Virus record (IMG/VR): IMGVR_UViG_3300042691_050947
Direction: 5' to 3' (one strand)
Length of the DNA: 64,000 nt
Source of the DNA: a virus
Shown piece after piece: positions 20,838 through 31,194 of the stretch. The notes beneath the pieces are model-generated. The model was not told where the DNA came from. It made no database searches and worked only from the letters and a program-made list of their open reading frames with translations. How positions within the stretch are numbered: position 1 is the first letter of the stretch; each line of letters opens with the position of its first letter. The translations under genes and the position numbers were made by a program.

Positions 20838-23321
20838 ATGCCAATTAGAATAAACCTAAAGGAAATATTTTCGTCAGATCCTCAAGAGATATTAGTCGAT
20901 AAGTTAAACTTTAACTATAACAAGTTGCTTGAGCTTGGCGTGGGTACTCCAGGACCAACTGGTTTGACTGGACCACAAGGAGCAGCAGGACCGGTCGGAT
21001 TAGTCGGACCTCAAGGAGATCGTGGAGCTACTTGGTGGGTAGATTCGGGTGATCCAAACACTCTTACTTTTACCGGATTAATCGATGGCGACCTGTATTT
21101 AGATCAGACATCCAACGTTTTTCAAGTTTGGAAATACGATGATACTACAAGTACATGGGTATCTGTTGTAAGCATTGCAGCAATCGTGACATCATACCTA
21201 AGTAGTCTATCAAACATTCCGTTTGAAACAGTCACGACTTTCCAAGCCCCAGGTTCGACTGCAGTAAATAAGTTTATCCTATTTGATAAACGAGACGATT
21301 ATGTAGCCGACGCCACTCGAGGTACTGCTAACGTTTCCCTTAACAATATGTTATTCCTAAATAACTTTGATGAGACTGATGTTACATATCCGACCTTGGG
21401 TCAAGACCAATACAATTCTCTACTTTCAATATTTCCTGCGCATGATGATACGCAAGATTCAGGTAGAGCTCAATCTGGTAGATACCATATTGAAATGGGA
21501 TCCCTTTATATGGACAGCGATGTGTTGCCAGTAGGTACCATAAAATACAGTGATCTTAAGCATAACCTAAAAGCTAAGTTTTATAAGCAATATGTGGATC
21601 CAATACTTCCACCACAGCTTCCAGCAACTAATACATGGATCAATACTGCTAGGTTTTCTCTTTCCTATACTGAGAGTCAGTCTCTGCTCGATATAGATCA
21701 GAATGCTGCATTTGAGTTTCTTTTTCCAAAGTGGAATAACGAAGGCATGTCGCCTATTCGAGAAGAGTTATCTGTTGTATTTAGTTCAGCTGAAGCAGTC
21801 GTTGAGCGTAGTCCAGCACACACTCACATTGTAGCAGACGGTATTCATATTTCAACTACGAGTTCTTCTATAAACTCTACGATAGGCTTAGCTCTAGACT
21901 ATTCAAGTTTAAATGCTAAGCTTGATGCTAAGAATCACCTAATGTTAGACTCTAATTCTGGAGTAGATGGAGTGATTCTTCTAAATAAAGGCACTTTTGT
22001 TAATGGCGACGCGAATATTGTCGATGGATTAGCTATCGGTTCAGGATACGAAGATTTAACTGCACCTGCAAATAGCTTAATCGTTGAGGGTCAATTAGGA
22101 ATTGGAACGTCTGTTCCTTTTGGTAATTCAAGTCAACACATTTATGCTACTGGTTCAACTAGCATTAGGACAATATCAGTACAGGAAATAGATACTCTAT
22201 CTTTTTCAGGTTTCATTAAATTGCTTTATTGTCACTCTTCGTTGATAACTGATGTTACTGGCTCCCCTACTACTACTCTATATCGAACTAGTTTTTCTGG
22301 AAGTAGTCAGTTTGGAACTTTAACTGGAATGGAAATAGATTTAAGCTTTGCTACAAGCATAGCGCACAGTGGAAATTTCTATGGAACTAAGATCGCGTTA
22401 AACAACACATCAGACTTTAGCGGAGCGAACCGACAAGTATTTGGTAATTACTTTCAACTTGCACCAGATCTGAGCGCAGTTACTGGCAGTGGCGCACTTA
22501 GAGGAAGCTTAGTCGAGCTTTCGGGATATGTTCCAAATTCAGTTACTGAGATACGAGGATCAGACCTTCTAATACAGCAAACAAATGGGGCGCTTAGCCA
22601 AGGTGCAATATTCGGTAATAATATTAGACTTAACGTCAATTCATTGGGTTCAGCTGCTTCAGCTGTCACAGGTATAAATATCACAATGAATACTAGTAGT
22701 TTATATACTTTACCTAACCTTTCATATGGAATCAATATAGCGAACGCTGGTGAAATTCCAGCGAGTGGAGAAACATATGGTTTAAAATACAACCACTTTG
22801 GAACAAAGGGAGCTGGTGCTAGCGCATACGGATATTATATTGAAGGTAATACTGATAACTATACAGAAGGAGATTCTCGATTTAAAGGATCCGTCTCAAT
22901 TAATACTGATTCAACTAAAACCTTTAATCCTGGATTAGGAAATTTGCTTCTTCCACAATATGTTCAAAACGTTTGGCATGGCTGGTTTGAAGTCCAATTT
23001 GCAAATACTCCTGGCGCTCAAATATTTTATGTTAATCAGGATGTACCAGACGGATTCGATTGGAATGAATTAGACCTTGTAAATAATACAGTCGCTAGCT
23101 CTAGTACTGCATATATTCGTGTCCTCCATCCAACACTTTCATCAAAGGCAGTATGGCAAGTGACTCCAAAATATGGAAGTGGAGGCCTTGGTCAAATCTG
23201 TACTATCTTCACCGTTTCAAGTGGGACTACTTTTTCAACTATCTATATGAAAGATGCTACTGGTGATTGGGCTGCATCTAATAGAATCGCATTCTTTTTT
23301 AGCGTGTTTGAACCAATATAA
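20838..23321 (+). CDS. Tail fibre-like protein with collagen-like repeat
   Basis: (GXY) run GTPGPTGLTGPQGAAGPVGLVGPQGDRG, then DGDLYLD motif and a beta-solenoid-like C-terminal half. Confidence 0.7.
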   Translation: MPIRINLKEIFSSDPQEILVDKLNFNYNKLLELGVGTPGPTGLTGPQGAAGPVGLVGPQGDRGATWWVDSGDPNTLTFTGLIDGDLYLDQTSNVFQVWKYDDTTSTWVSVVSIAAIVTSYLSSLSNIPFETVTTFQAPGSTAVNKFILFDKRDDYVADATRGTANVSLNNMLFLNNFDETDVTYPTLGQDQYNSLLSIFPAHDDTQDSGRAQSGRYHIEMGSLYMDSDVLPVGTIKYSDLKHNLKAKFYKQYVDPILPPQLPATNTWINTARFSLSYTESQSLLDIDQNAAFEFLFPKWNNEGMSPIREELSVVFSSAEAVVERSPAHTHIVADGIHISTTSSSINSTIGLALDYSSLNAKLDAKNHLMLDSNSGVDGVILLNKGTFVNGDANIVDGLAIGSGYEDLTAPANSLIVEGQLGIGTSVPFGNSSQHIYATGSTSIRTISVQEIDTLSFSGFIKLLYCHSSLITDVTGSPTTTLYRTSFSGSSQFGTLTGMEIDLSFATSIAHSGNFYGTKIALNNTSDFSGANRQVFGNYFQLAPDLSAVTGSGALRGSLVELSGYVPNSVTEIRGSDLLIQQTNGALSQGAIFGNNIRLNVNSLGSAASAVTGINITMNTSSLYTLPNLSYGINIANAGEIPASGETYGLKYNHFGTKGAGASAYGYYIEGNTDNYTEGDSRFKGSVSINTDSTKTFNPGLGNLLLPQYVQNVWHGWFEVQFANTPGAQIFYVNQDVPDGFDWNELDLVNNTVASSSTAYIRVLHPTLSSKAVWQVTPKYGSGGLGQICTIFTVSSGTTFSTIYMKDATGDWAASNRIAFFFSVFEPI

Positions 23322-23324
23322 ATA
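23317..23324 (+). promoter_or_regulatory. Late promoter, exact T4 consensus TATAAATA
   Basis: Ends 17 nt before the ATG at 23342. Confidence 0.6.
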
Positions 23325-23341
23325 AAAAATAAAAATATAAA

Positions 23342-23662
23342 ATGGGATTAAAAATAACAACTCAAATTTATACGAATGTCGGACCTTCGTCTGAGGCTTA
23401 TGTAAACATAGAATCAATCGAGGTTAAAAAGAGCCAAGGCATTATTGTCAAGTTAAATAATTACCTAAGTAAAGAACTTAGAGAGTCGGATCCTAGTTCA
23501 AAGATAGTGTCAACTAAGCTCTACGATAGAGTCTTTATTGCAGTTGAGCCTGAATCAACTGAACTTGCTGGACTAGAAGCAAATCCGATTCATTCTTTTG
23601 TATATTCTAAAATAAAGGAAAAATTAATTGCTCTTGAATTAACGGTAGAGGACGATATTTAA
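23342..23662 (+). CDS. Small fibre-associated protein (possible chaperone)
   Basis: 106 aa directly after the fibre gene; position and size fit a fibre assembly partner. Confidence 0.5.
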   Translation: MGLKITTQIYTNVGPSSEAYVNIESIEVKKSQGIIVKLNNYLSKELRESDPSSKIVSTKLYDRVFIAVEPESTELAGLEANPIHSFVYSKIKEKLIALELTVEDDI

Positions 23663-24495
23663 TCGATCCATTGACTCAAGGTAAAAGGCATTAGCCTCTC
23701 TATCAAAAGCAGACCGTGCAATTCATTTATTATTGCGGGTTCAAATTTAAGACCCTTAGCTATTCCCTTGTTTAAAAGAACAGTATCTTTAATGACGTTT
23801 GCCACCATTTTTTCAGGAGGCCCATCTAAGACCGCAAATATCACGTTCTTATATTCATTCATCTTATCTAATTCAGGCGCCTGAAGCTTATCTAGTTCTT
23901 CTCTGAGAGCATTTTCTCTTATCTCTGAAATGGTGATCGTCTTTATCTTTTTAAAAGAGTGACCAAGGTCCCTTTTTCGATCGCTTGTTATTTTCCAAAT
24001 GGAATATTTTTTATTACCGGCAGTATTGATTACTATAAATATTTCATTCTGTTCATGAACCATCTCATTCATATAGAAAAAATTAACGTCGTCCAATACA
24101 TTTAACTGTATGTCCATGTAATCTAGGATCAAATTTAAAAAAACATAGTTTGCATTTCTAAAGATCTCAACAGCCTCGTCCTTTTTAGTATAGATCTGTT
24201 TAAGTTCGTTTGTGATCTGTTTAATTCGATCGTTTTTCCAAACCGGATGCATTTTAAAATCACGAAGGTGACCATCCACGGCTAGGGTGTTTAGGTTTAA
24301 ACTATGAAAAAATAGCTCATAAAAGTGATCTAAATAGCCTTCTTCCAGGTCATGCTTATATTTTTGGCTTGCTGCGAGCAGAACATAATTAAAGTACTCG
24401 GGATCAAGATAAGATCCTTTAGTTATCCATAACGGATCGAGTATTTGTTTTTTCTTCAAAAGACTTGCTCGTTTTTTATTATTTATTTTACTCAA
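23659..24495 (-). CDS. Hypothetical protein, opposite in orientation to the structural operon
   Basis: 278-aa ORF with a TTG start, filling a gap with no plus-strand ORF. Confidence 0.7.
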   Translation of the reverse strand: MSKINNKKRASLLKKKQILDPLWITKGSYLDPEYFNYVLLAASQKYKHDLEEGYLDHFYELFFHSLNLNTLAVDGHLRDFKMHPVWKNDRIKQITNELKQIYTKKDEAVEIFRNANYVFLNLILDYMDIQLNVLDDVNFFYMNEMVHEQNEIFIVINTAGNKKYSIWKITSDRKRDLGHSFKKIKTITISEIRENALREELDKLQAPELDKMNEYKNVIFAVLDGPPEKMVANVIKDTVLLNKGIAKGLKFEPAIINELHGLLLIERLMPFTLSQWID

Positions 24496-24555
24496 AATCC
24501 GATACTAGTTTAGATAAAAAAATAAAATAAATAAACTAAATACGTATTTACGTCA

Positions 24556-26700
24556 ATGGCTAAAACTACCGTAAAATTATTAATTGATCCTCAAAATAAT
24601 TCTTTGACTTTTAGTAAAAACTTTAGAATTTTTTCAACGTGTGAACCAGTTACAGGAATTATAGAGTTTACTGATTTTATTGAAGACTTGATTATTTCTA
24701 CACCAAACACATTAGATCTAAACAATTTGAGTCGGAAATTTAGATACTCAAGAAATAGACTTGATTGGTCACTATGGTATGATGTTGAGCCTGGAGATCT
24801 AGGCGATGCTGCTGGCATATTCTTAGATGCACATGACGAATTTTATTTTGAAGTAAAGTATGAGTACGATGACGGCACATCAAATGAGCTATCCACTCCA
24901 ATCGAAATAAATGAGATTAAGCTTAGGTTTACCCAAGCGTCTCCAGTAGCAAATACCTACACTCCTCAAATGTTGTGTAGCGATGAAAAGTGCACTTCCA
25001 TAATACAGAATAGGGATCCTAGCTTCAGACCATATAACGTCGATAGCGCGATCGGAATGTTTCAGGAACTTTCTTTCTTTACCAATCAACTATATGGTCA
25101 CCAGGTGGTATACTTTAGGACTCTTCCGGAGTCCGACAGCGGCGATTATGTTTTTAAAGAGTGGACACTTTATAAAAACATAGATCGTAAGTGTATTAAG
25201 GTAATGGTCAAAGACAATGCCTTTCCGGACAACGTTCCTAAATTTACGGAGTTTGGAATAGATTTTCAATTACCCTTTGAGGTCGAGATCGATCATAAAT
25301 ATTTTCAGTCCATTTTTGGAGTTAATTCTGAGCCGAGAAAGAGAGACTTTTTATACTTTCCCCTACTTAATAGAATGTTTGAGATTCAGGGGTCATACCT
25401 TCATCGAGGATTTATGATGGCACCGACCTTTTGGAAAATACACCTTAAAAAATACAATCCAAACATCGATATGCTTCTCACTGATGACACTCGAACATTC
25501 TTAGATAACGTGATCACCAATGCAGAGCAGCTATTTGGAGAAGAGGTGAAAAAGGATATTAAGGACGGAACCATGCCAGCTCAATATCAAAAGATCACAA
25601 CGACCTTTGACTCTTCTAGAAAATCTCTACATCCTGATATTATACAAAGACCGTTAAAGTACACCTACAATTTTGCTCCGCTGATAGAAAACTATTATGA
25701 CTTAAGTGGGATACTTCCTACTGATTTGCTTGTAAATCTTACGAACGATTCACCAGTCCTATCCACAACTCAGCAGGTGTTTAACTTGGCCAGTCTGGAC
25801 AAGGTCCCGGCTCCTTTAAATAACGTGATCCTTGCATATCAAAATAGCGAACTATATGTCTCTTGGAAAAATGGAGGTATTATAACAAACGATAAAAATT
25901 CTCTCGGAGTTTCAACTCGATACATTAGGGTTAGGGGCCCGTTTGACTCCATCGCAAATCATATAGGATCCAATGATGAGGGAAGATACATTAGAATAGA
26001 AGCATATCGTGATATTAGTCTTACTGATCAGAGAAACATTCAAGTTGATTCTAGCGGACCCGTGCCGACCGCTCAATTTAAGGTTAGAGACACGGCAGTC
26101 ATCTATAATGCTCAACCTAAATTTAATGCAGATACTGATAAAAACCTATCATTTACCTGCCTATTCAATGTCCCAAGCACATCAGATACCCTAAGTTTTA
26201 TTGATGGATATGACGATGAGACTTCTTCTGGAATCCGGGTGACCGGTACTTTTTCTAGATATACTTCGACCTTACCTGAAGGGGATTTTGTTCTTAGGGT
26301 AACTGTAAATAGCACAGTTAAATCGTACACCATTAACAACTTTATAAGTGACACTTGGCATGCGATGGTAGTTTCAATGTCCAACGAATTTTTACAGGTT
26401 GGTGCATACGTGTACAGAATCAAGGAGGATCCGAGCGACATCATCAACCACAACGATTTTATTAGAGTTCTTTCAAACATCTCATCCTTTACACAGCATA
26501 CCTTTGATCTTACTCAAAACTATACCTTACCTAGTTCAAAATTACTAATTACAAACATTCGAGTCTTTAATACTATGTTGAGGGAAGAGGAGCATGATTT
26601 TATCCTAAGCCAACAGTTTTTAAAGGACGAGTCAATGTTGGTGTTAATCGATAACTGTCGACCTCAAACTAACTTACCATACATCGCTAAAAACAGATAA
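24556..26700 (+). CDS. Neck/head-closure protein (T4 gp14-like core) with N- and C-terminal extensions
   Basis: LYGHQVVYF and FGIDF...EPRKRDFLYFPLLNRMFEI resemble gp14 (PxEGDLIYFP...FEI); C-terminal WHAMVVS...ITNIRVFN is LamG/ConA-like. Confidence 0.65.
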   Translation: MAKTTVKLLIDPQNNSLTFSKNFRIFSTCEPVTGIIEFTDFIEDLIISTPNTLDLNNLSRKFRYSRNRLDWSLWYDVEPGDLGDAAGIFLDAHDEFYFEVKYEYDDGTSNELSTPIEINEIKLRFTQASPVANTYTPQMLCSDEKCTSIIQNRDPSFRPYNVDSAIGMFQELSFFTNQLYGHQVVYFRTLPESDSGDYVFKEWTLYKNIDRKCIKVMVKDNAFPDNVPKFTEFGIDFQLPFEVEIDHKYFQSIFGVNSEPRKRDFLYFPLLNRMFEIQGSYLHRGFMMAPTFWKIHLKKYNPNIDMLLTDDTRTFLDNVITNAEQLFGEEVKKDIKDGTMPAQYQKITTTFDSSRKSLHPDIIQRPLKYTYNFAPLIENYYDLSGILPTDLLVNLTNDSPVLSTTQQVFNLASLDKVPAPLNNVILAYQNSELYVSWKNGGIITNDKNSLGVSTRYIRVRGPFDSIANHIGSNDEGRYIRIEAYRDISLTDQRNIQVDSSGPVPTAQFKVRDTAVIYNAQPKFNADTDKNLSFTCLFNVPSTSDTLSFIDGYDDETSSGIRVTGTFSRYTSTLPEGDFVLRVTVNSTVKSYTINNFISDTWHAMVVSMSNEFLQVGAYVYRIKEDPSDIINHNDFIRVLSNISSFTQHTFDLTQNYTLPSSKLLITNIRVFNTMLREEEHDFILSQQFLKDESMLVLIDNCRPQTNLPYIAKNR

Positions 26701-26704
26701 TGCC

Positions 26705-27490
26705 ATGAAAATATCAAACAACGAAAACATAAGAAACGAAAATGTCCAGGACATTTTCCTAAGAAACGCGACTCTTTCGATGCTAGATCTGTTAAACCGA
26801 CAGGTCGTGATAGAACTTCGAAGAAACGATAAGGTTGAGCTGCATGAGATTCCATTCTTCTATAACTTTGGTGGAGATGAGGGATTTATGAAAGACTTTT
26901 TTATTGATCTGCCTACTGACTGTAAGTATCCCAATCACGCTGAGGGAAACTATGAGCAGATGCCAAGGGGAGTAGTCACCCTCTCCTCTTTTTCAATTAA
27001 ACCGGCAAATAACACCAATAAGTTTGTTCGGGGAAGCTTTAATCAGGAGACTCGAGACGAAAACGATGAAAAGGTCCTAAAGGCATTTTCAGCCAGGCTT
27101 TTTACCCTACCGATGTCATTAAGTTATAACATTAAGATAGAAAGCGATAACATCAACAAGACCTTTAAGATAATGGAAAAAATATTTGATTTTTATTATA
27201 AAAATCAGGTAAGATACTTTCAGTTTAGAGGAATTAGGATTCCAGCGCAAGTAACATTTCCAGACACCGCGCAGTTCACTAAGAGTTATAACTTTGTATA
27301 TAGCGATGCCAATATAGTTTCAATATCGCTTGATCTAGAAATGGAGACGTACTTTCCTAGCTTTGACGATCACTCTAAAATGTACAAGGGTAACACGATC
27401 AAACAGTTTAACCTACGTGAAAATACTGGAATCATTGGAACCTCACTTAATGATAGTTGGGTCGATCAAGATTATCCTCCAGCTGAATAA
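26705..27490 (+). CDS. Tail sheath stabiliser / tail terminator (T4 gp15-like)
   Basis: EIPFFY, MPRGVVTLSSF and PMSLSYNIKI pattern; follows the gp14-like gene as in T4. Confidence 0.65.
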   Translation: MKISNNENIRNENVQDIFLRNATLSMLDLLNRQVVIELRRNDKVELHEIPFFYNFGGDEGFMKDFFIDLPTDCKYPNHAEGNYEQMPRGVVTLSSFSIKPANNTNKFVRGSFNQETRDENDEKVLKAFSARLFTLPMSLSYNIKIESDNINKTFKIMEKIFDFYYKNQVRYFQFRGIRIPAQVTFPDTAQFTKSYNFVYSDANIVSISLDLEMETYFPSFDDHSKMYKGNTIKQFNLRENTGIIGTSLNDSWVDQDYPPAE

Positions 27491-27500
27491 ATAATTAAAT

Positions 27501-28073
27501 ATGGAAGCAAAAATAAAAAGTTTTAGTCAATTCATAGGAGAAGGAAAAATATCCGATAACCTTAGATACCACATAGATAATGGATATAGCATTGCTGAGT
27601 CGGTCTTTCGGCCTGGATCAGAGGCCCATGTTGTGATGCTGACTGAGGCTAGGGAAAAGTTCTATGATGGCATGCTTTATCTGGGAAACACTGATAAGAA
27701 GCTGTTTGAAGAAACTGATCTTGGTCTGACTGCTATTTTTAACGGTAAACTTGTCCCGTTAGATCTTCCATTGGAGATACTTGATCTAAATGAGGAGAAG
27801 AAACCTCGGTTAAACTATCCCATGCGAGGAGGTACCAAAAAATATCAGGTCTATGTTAGAAATCCAAAGACGGGTCGAATCATGAAGATAGCTTTTGGAG
27901 ATGTGCATGGTGGACTTACTGCAAAGGTAAGCAATCCTAAAGCCAGAAAATCCTTTGCTGCTCGCCATAATTGTGCTGAAAAGAAGGATCGAACTAAGGC
28001 TGGCTATTGGGCTTGTCGAATAAACCGATATGCTCACCTTTGGGGAGGAAAAACTTATCCTGGATATTGGTGA
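27501..28073 (+). CDS. Conserved phage protein with RKSFAARHNC...AGYWAC domain
   Basis: Basic C-terminal domain of a widespread viral DUF (DUF6321/DUF5754-like, from recall); N-terminal IKSFSQFIGE tag. Confidence 0.7.
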   Translation: MEAKIKSFSQFIGEGKISDNLRYHIDNGYSIAESVFRPGSEAHVVMLTEAREKFYDGMLYLGNTDKKLFEETDLGLTAIFNGKLVPLDLPLEILDLNEEKKPRLNYPMRGGTKKYQVYVRNPKTGRIMKIAFGDVHGGLTAKVSNPKARKSFAARHNCAEKKDRTKAGYWACRINRYAHLWGGKTYPGYW

Positions 28074-28342
28074 TGGTGTATACTGATAATAAAATAGGTG
28101 ATGATCTAATTAGAGTTTTTGACGATTCAATTAATCCGATCGAGCTAAAATGGCATCGTGATGATGAAGACAGATCAGTGATCGCAATCGATAAAACGGA
28201 CTGGAAGATTCAGCTGGAAGATAGATTGCCGCAGAGCCTAAATTCAGTAGTCTTTATTGAACGTGGACAGTGGCATCGTGTGATAAAAGGAACTGGCGAG
28301 CTAAGAGTAAAAATAGTAAAGAGTGATGAATCTAATAAATGA
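28073..28342 (+). CDS. Small cupin-like phage protein
   Basis: Start moved to ATG 28073 (TGATG overlap); WHRD...WHRVIKG histidine motifs. Confidence 0.65.
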   Translation: MVYTDNKIGDDLIRVFDDSINPIELKWHRDDEDRSVIAIDKTDWKIQLEDRLPQSLNSVVFIERGQWHRVIKGTGELRVKIVKSDESNK

Positions 28343-28742
28343 GACGATTGAAAAACATGGAGAGGTATGGAAAGTCTTTTCTAAGAAAAAAGTTAACGGA
28401 AAACGCAAGCTTCTTGGGACCCATAAGACTCGTGATAAAGCGGTCGATCAATTACAGGCGATTGAGAGCTCTAAGATGAAAAACGAATCGACTATCTTAA
28501 CTTATTCTGAATTTATTAATGAACGTAAAAAAGAAAAAGTTAATCCCGTGTATCTTACTAAGGATGCGGCTGAGATGAAGAGCGAAATAAAAAAGCATGC
28601 TAAAAAATCAGATGATGATGCCAGCGCATATACGAGTCACCCCGACGGTGGATGGAAGGCCGACTATTCTAAGTCTGGCGCAAGATATAAAACTAAACCT
28701 AGTAAATACACTAAGGCATTTCAAAAAAAATACGGCAAATAA
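28323..28742 (+). CDS. Basic hypothetical protein, probable head-internal protein
   Basis: LINE and TYSEFINE motifs; ends KTKPSKYTKAFQKKYGK. Confidence 0.65.
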   Translation: MMNLINETIEKHGEVWKVFSKKKVNGKRKLLGTHKTRDKAVDQLQAIESSKMKNESTILTYSEFINERKKEKVNPVYLTKDAAEMKSEIKKHAKKSDDDASAYTSHPDGGWKADYSKSGARYKTKPSKYTKAFQKKYGK

Positions 28743-29422
28743 TGTTAAATTTTAATCAATATCTAATATTAGAGAAAGGAAATGAGTCGTGTCCTATCGC
28801 CACTCAAAACTTAAAACTAAATACTAAGAATAGGGATAAAGCAATTGACGCAGATTACATACAATACGGCCCAATGAATCTTTCTGACGAACAGTATTGG
28901 GTCGATCTCGCAGACCATTGGAATACGACACCGGACGTTGCTAAAAATTCCAACTGCGGAAACTGTGTAGCCTTTGATATTTCACCAAGAATGGAAGAGT
29001 GCATGCCGGGCGAAGTGTCTGATCCGGATGGAAGACTCGGTTATTGCTGGATGCATCACTTCAAGTGTCACTCGGCCAGGACCTGTAGAACATGGGCAGC
29101 TGGCGGACCCATTGAAGAAGATTCAGTTTCTGCAGACTGGCAAAGCAAGAACGAAGATGAAGTTAATGAGGTAAGAAAGACCAAAAATTCTCCCGATTGG
29201 CACGACTCAGATGCACCAGACGCTAAGGGAAAGTTTAAAGAGCTTGGAGTAAAAGAGCTTGCGAAATGGTTGATTAGAACTCGTGGAGGAGACATGCGCA
29301 AGATTACGGGAAGCCTAAATCAGCAGATAGTGTTTAATCGTAATGACAATCCCACCTATGCTAAAAAGATGGAGAGCGTTAGAGAAGAGGTAAAACGTCA
29401 GCTTGCAAAAAAGAAGAAATAA
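28742..29422 (+). CDS. Cys/His-rich conserved phage protein
   Basis: CPIAT, NCGNC, GYCWMHHFKCHSARTC cluster (putative metal binding); MLNFNQY tag. Confidence 0.7.
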   Translation: MLNFNQYLILEKGNESCPIATQNLKLNTKNRDKAIDADYIQYGPMNLSDEQYWVDLADHWNTTPDVAKNSNCGNCVAFDISPRMEECMPGEVSDPDGRLGYCWMHHFKCHSARTCRTWAAGGPIEEDSVSADWQSKNEDEVNEVRKTKNSPDWHDSDAPDAKGKFKELGVKELAKWLIRTRGGDMRKITGSLNQQIVFNRNDNPTYAKKMESVREEVKRQLAKKKK

Positions 29423-29423
29423 A

Positions 29424-29702
29424 ATGTTAAACTTTAATCAATGGCTTAGCAGCATTAACGAGTCTGCTGAAGCTGCCTTAAAAAACAAAGCAAAGACCAG
29501 CAAAATTCCTTTGGGAATTCTTAGGACAGTTTACAATAAAGGAATGGCGGCTTGGAGGACTGGCCATCGCCCTGGGGTAACCCAGCAGCAATGGGCTATG
29601 GCTAGAGTAAATTCATTTATAATGGGAGGAAAGACCACCCAAAAGGCAGATAAGTCCCTATGGGAAAGGGCTAAAAAAGCAAAAAAGAATAGAAAAAAAT
29701 AA
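29424..29702 (+). CDS. DUF5824-like basic protein
   Basis: Start moved to ATG 29424; [16 protein letters not shown]...[10 protein letters not shown] signature; MLNFNQW tag. Confidence 0.7.
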   Translation: MLNFNQWLSSINESAEAALKNKAKTSKIPLGILRTVYNKGMAAWRTGHRPGVTQQQWAMARVNSFIMGGKTTQKADKSLWERAKKAKKNRKK

Positions 29703-30250
29703 TGCTATTAAACGTAAGACAAAGCGGGTTTATATTTCAGTTTCCGCCTGATTTCTTTTCACCTGAAATTAAGGAAAAATATAAAAAGTATTATCAGAGC
29801 CTGATCCTTCCATATGATACGATAGACGATTTTATGTCCTCGACGATACAGTCAATCGATTTTCCAGGATGGACGATGGATCCTGCTGTGCAGACTCGAC
29901 TATTTGGTAAACAACAAGAATACAAGAGCTCAAAGCAAGTGGTAGATCTATTCACTCGAGAATTTACGCTAACTTTCAAGCTTACTGATGCCTACCTAAA
30001 CTACTTTATCTTTTTGGAAAATTCCTTAAAATACCTTGATTTTTCAAATAAACAGCCAACATTTTCCCCAATGAGACTTTCTCTATTGGACAACGAGGGA
30101 TATCTTGTATCTTCAATCATTTTTAAACGACCTGTGCTTAAAAGCCAGGATGGATTTAAACTATCATACAGCTCAGCCACACCTGACTTTACCACGTTCA
30201 CGGCTAAATTTGTTTACTTTGATTTCGATATCGAACTAGATTTTAATTAA
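29702..30250 (+). CDS. Tail tube-fold protein (T4 gp3/gp19-like)
   Basis: [23 protein letters not shown] and FTAKFVY pattern of tube/tube-terminator proteins. Confidence 0.55.
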   Translation: MLLNVRQSGFIFQFPPDFFSPEIKEKYKKYYQSLILPYDTIDDFMSSTIQSIDFPGWTMDPAVQTRLFGKQQEYKSSKQVVDLFTREFTLTFKLTDAYLNYFIFLENSLKYLDFSNKQPTFSPMRLSLLDNEGYLVSSIIFKRPVLKSQDGFKLSYSSATPDFTTFTAKFVYFDFDIELDFN

Positions 30251-30303
30251 GAACTTTAGGGTATCTTTGAGTATATTATAGTCAAATAATACTATTTGAA
30301 TAT

Positions 30304-31194
30304 ATGGCAAAAAAGCAAGCAAACAAATTCTCCATTTTTCATATTGAAGGTGGACTAGGAAAGCATATCGCAGCAACAGCCGTTGCTAAGTGTATTAAAA
30401 ATAATCACCCAGATCGTGAATTAATCGTAGTTTGTGCGTATCCGGAAATATTTTTAAATTTACCTGCAATCGATCGAGTATATAGAATAGGGTCGACTCC
30501 ATATTTCTATAAGGATTTTATCGAGGGAAAGGACAGCTTAATCTTTAGACACGAACCCTATTTCACAAGTGAGCACATCCATAAGGAATTACCTCTTATT
30601 GAAAACTGGTGCAAGCTCTATAATCTTGAATTTTCAGGAGAATATCCAGAATTAATATTTAATGTTAGACAAAAACAGTATGGTTTTAAAAAATGGAATC
30701 GTGAAAGACCAATTGCCGTGATTCAAACGAACGGGGGTCCGCTAAATGACCAGCCATACCTCTATTCATGGACTAGGGACATTCCAAACACGACCGCAAA
30801 TGAATTGGTCGCACACCTAAATCAATCATATCATGTCATTCAAATATGTAGGTCCAGCGAACAGTCTATCCCAGGAGCAGAGGCTATCTTTGAACCGATG
30901 TCAAACATGGAACTATTGTCCCTTCTGCTTTTTTCACAAAAGAGAGTCTTAATAGATTCAAGCATTCAGCATGCGGCAGCAGCACTAGACCTAAGATCAA
31001 CTGTCCTATGGATCGGCACCTCCCCTAAAGTATTTGGATACAGCATTCATGAAAACATCATTGCTAATCTTCCGACTGAAGTCAAGCTTCCAGACAGCTA
31101 CCTATTTGACTATAATTTTCATGGAGCAAATCATGAGTGTCCGTTATTAGATCTAAATATCTTTGATACTGATGAAATTTTAAATTCTCTATAA
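30304..31194 (+). CDS. GT-B glycosyltransferase, GT9 (heptosyltransferase)-like
   Basis: EGGLGKHIAA...YPEIF at the N terminus and IDSSIQHAAAAL...VLW...P..FG at the C terminus. Confidence 0.75.
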   Translation: MAKKQANKFSIFHIEGGLGKHIAATAVAKCIKNNHPDRELIVVCAYPEIFLNLPAIDRVYRIGSTPYFYKDFIEGKDSLIFRHEPYFTSEHIHKELPLIENWCKLYNLEFSGEYPELIFNVRQKQYGFKKWNRERPIAVIQTNGGPLNDQPYLYSWTRDIPNTTANELVAHLNQSYHVIQICRSSEQSIPGAEAIFEPMSNMELLSLLLFSQKRVLIDSSIQHAAAALDLRSTVLWIGTSPKVFGYSIHENIIANLPTEVKLPDSYLFDYNFHGANHECPLLDLNIFDTDEILNSL

